A stretch of 43,867 nt of DNA, taken from a virus. Taxonomy: Duplodnaviria > Caudoviricetes. Below are positions 42,165 through 43,867 of the stretch, piece after piece. How positions within the stretch are numbered: position 1 is the stretch's first letter; each line of letters starts with the position of its first letter. The position numbers were made by a program, and so were the translations under genes. The notes under the pieces are model-generated. The model had not been told where the DNA came from, did not search any database, and worked only from the letters and a program-made list of their open reading frames with translations. The stretch lies in the IMG/VR virus record IMGVR_UViG_3300011439_000029, positions 1-43,867 of that record; one strand, written 5' to 3'.

Positions 42165-43867
42165 CAGAACTTCGCTCCTTCTTCAGTCTCTGCTTGGTTC
42201 GGCATGCCCTCTCCCTCCATCTTCTTGAGCAGTTCGATGAACTTGCCCGTTTTGACGTAGGAGAACCTTGATATCCTGGTGAGAGCGTGCTTGCGCACTA
42301 GGAATGACATCACTCCCTGAGCGTTATCGCGATCGAGCTGGCACCAGTCCATGATGTCTTGAAGAGATATCTCGTCTCTATATAGCAACCCCTGCACTAC
42401 GTCCGAAGGGTGTCGAAGTCCCCTTAGGTACTTGCGTACCTGCTGCGGGTTGACGAGTGTAGACGCGTGTTGCTGCGCCTTCGAGAAGTCCAAGTAGCCG
42501 AACGTCTTGCTGCTGTAGATCCTGTCGAGCGTCTGCGACACGAACTCGACATGACACCGCCTGACTACCAGCTCATACATGCTGTCAGACGAGGAGAACG
42601 TCCTCGCTGCCATGGCGGCGGCTAGTCGAGCGAGCTTGAGGCGCATCGTACCCCTGTCTACCAGCGGCATCGCCTCGCTGAACCTAGAGCACATCTTACC
42701 CGCCCACTCCAGTACCGCCTCCTGAGACCCTGGTTCGAACTGCACCTGGTCGATGGTTCGAGTCCACGCCCACAGCACAAGTCGCTTGCACAGGTCCGCT
42801 GAGAACCGATGGTCCACTATGGGACGCTGCGAGCTGTATCTGTTGACGGTGTCTGGATCGATCTCGTCTGCGCTCACTAGCAGCGCAAGGTCAAATCGCC
42901 TTACGTCCTCGAGACCGCCTATCAGCTCGCTGATGGCTTCTATTCCGAACGAGTACGACCTCATTGCGCGGTTTGATCGAGCGTTTGAGATGTAGACGCC
43001 TCGAGTTCGAGCGTGCGTCCTCCTGCGCTCTATCTTGGGAATTTCTGCTATGCCAGACGATCTCATGTCTGTCATCTTAGCGATGACTTCGATGGGCAGC
43101 CCTTTGAGTTCCTCAAGGAACAGGATCCGCCTGTCGTGCATGGGAAACATTCCCCAGCTCACGAACCACCTCGTACCTATCTGCTGAAGACCGCCCAGCA
43201 GGCCGGCTATGGTGGCGTTCTTGCAGTCTACTCGCTCTCCCAGCCCGTAGTGCTCCATCAGTCGCACGCTGGTCTCAGACTTTCCCTGCGACGAGTCACC
43301 GACTATCAGCGCGCTCAGCCAGCCGTTGACCCTCTTGTCGTCGAACCTGAACATTAGCGGAGAGTGGAACGCGAGATCAATGACGAGGTGAAGGTCACGC
43401 CTTCCGAAGATGCGCGTAACGTTCGCCTCGAAGTCCTCGTACACGTCGTCGACTCTCGACTGTATGGACTCAGCCGTCCACTCTTCGGGCCTGAACGCCT
43501 CGAGCTGCGCCAGCTGGTCGTCGTCAGGGTGGAAAGAGGTGAGACTGTCCGTCGTCTCTTCTGCGTCGTTGACTACCAGCACTGCCTGCTGGTTCCTCGG
43601 GTGTGGGTACACGACTCCGCCGAACAGCATCGGTGTGTTCATCTCAGGACGACGATTCACCAGCATGGCAGGCTGCACCACGCTGTTGTGCGACGTGTCG
43701 CTGATTTCGAGTCGCGGCACTAGCCTGACGTCTCTCACGCTGTGGTGGGTCTTCACCGAGAACTCGACCACCTTGCAGGTAGGGATCCTCAGCGCCTCCC
43801 GTATGGCATCCCTCTGCGACTGCTTGCCAGTGTTCACCATGTCCAGTATGTGAACCGTCGTCTCTGA
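42164..43867 (-). CDS. MCM-like AAA+ replicative helicase (5' end outside window)
   Basis: 'IVGDSSQGKS' Walker A, 'TIAGLLGG', 'WFVSWG..PMHDRRILFLEE' Walker B, 'IPKI..THARTR..ISN' pre-sensor/sensor 1, 'RRFDL' Arg finger; frame open to the window edge. Confidence 0.85.
   Translation of the reverse strand, partial: SETTVHILDMVNTGKQSQRDAIREALRIPTCKVVEFSVKTHHSVRDVRLVPRLEISDTSHNSVVQPAMLVNRRPEMNTPMLFGGVVYPHPRNQQAVLVVNDAEETTDSLTSFHPDDDQLAQLEAFRPEEWTAESIQSRVDDVYEDFEANVTRIFGRRDLHLVIDLAFHSPLMFRFDDKRVNGWLSALIVGDSSQGKSETSVRLMEHYGLGERVDCKNATIAGLLGGLQQIGTRWFVSWGMFPMHDRRILFLEELKGLPIEVIAKMTDMRSSGIAEIPKIERRRTHARTRGVYISNARSNRAMRSYSFGIEAISELIGGLEDVRRFDLALLVSADEIDPDTVNRYSSQRPIVDHRFSADLCKRLVLWAWTRTIDQVQFEPGSQEAVLEWAGKMCSRFSEAMPLVDRGTMRLKLARLAAAMAARTFSSSDSMYELVVRRCHVEFVSQTLDRIYSSKTFGYLDFSKAQQHASTLVNPQQVRKYLRGLRHPSDVVQGLLYRDEISLQDIMDWCQLDRDNAQGVMSFLVRKHALTRISRFSYVKTGKFIELLKKMEGEGMPNQAETEEGAKF

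Noticed and set aside
1-43867. Stop-codon reassignment (TAG is common)
   Set aside because: Conserved genes are full length in the standard code, and TAG ends genes at sensible positions (capsid 11348, portal 14148, PolA 37448)
1-43867. Prophage boundaries, integrase, tRNA or diversity-generating retroelement
   Set aside because: No host genes, recombinase or reverse transcriptase motifs, cloverleaf, or template/variable repeat pair recognised in this window

Overview
This window is most of the genome of a tailed dsDNA phage (Caudoviricetes, siphovirus-like, HK97-type head), GC-rich, with essentially all real genes on the minus strand and many overlapping stop/start codons. Reading in the transcribed direction (right to left), there are five parts. 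(1) A replication/nucleotide module: MCM-like helicase (truncated by the window edge), MazG-like NTP pyrophosphohydrolase, GroES-like co-chaperonin, a thymidylate-synthase-fold enzyme with the dCMP-specifying Asp, a dNMP kinase, a dCMP deaminase and a family A DNA polymerase. Together these suggest a cytosine-substituted (5mC/5hmC) genome. (2) A promoter with a long hairpin leader, followed by ~25 small accessory genes, a 776-aa membrane-anchored lyase-like protein and a beta-helix protein split by a -1 frame break. (3) An AT-rich non-coding core bracketed by 28-bp inverted repeats, an XRE/Zn gene and a second related promoter. (4) Packaging and head genes: putative TerS, TerL with an extra degenerate ATPase-like N-terminal domain, a Tat-signal sulfatase inserted between terminase and portal, a portal-MuF fusion, protease/scaffold and major capsid. 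(5) Neck and tail genes, with a canonical A_AAA_AAG -1 frameshift in the tail chaperone, tape measure and distal tail proteins. No integrase, tRNA, CRISPR array or recognisable endolysin is visible. The host is not determinable here; the sulfatase and beta-helix cargo hint at Planctomycetota (inference). All family assignments are from motif recognition by eye; no database search was run.
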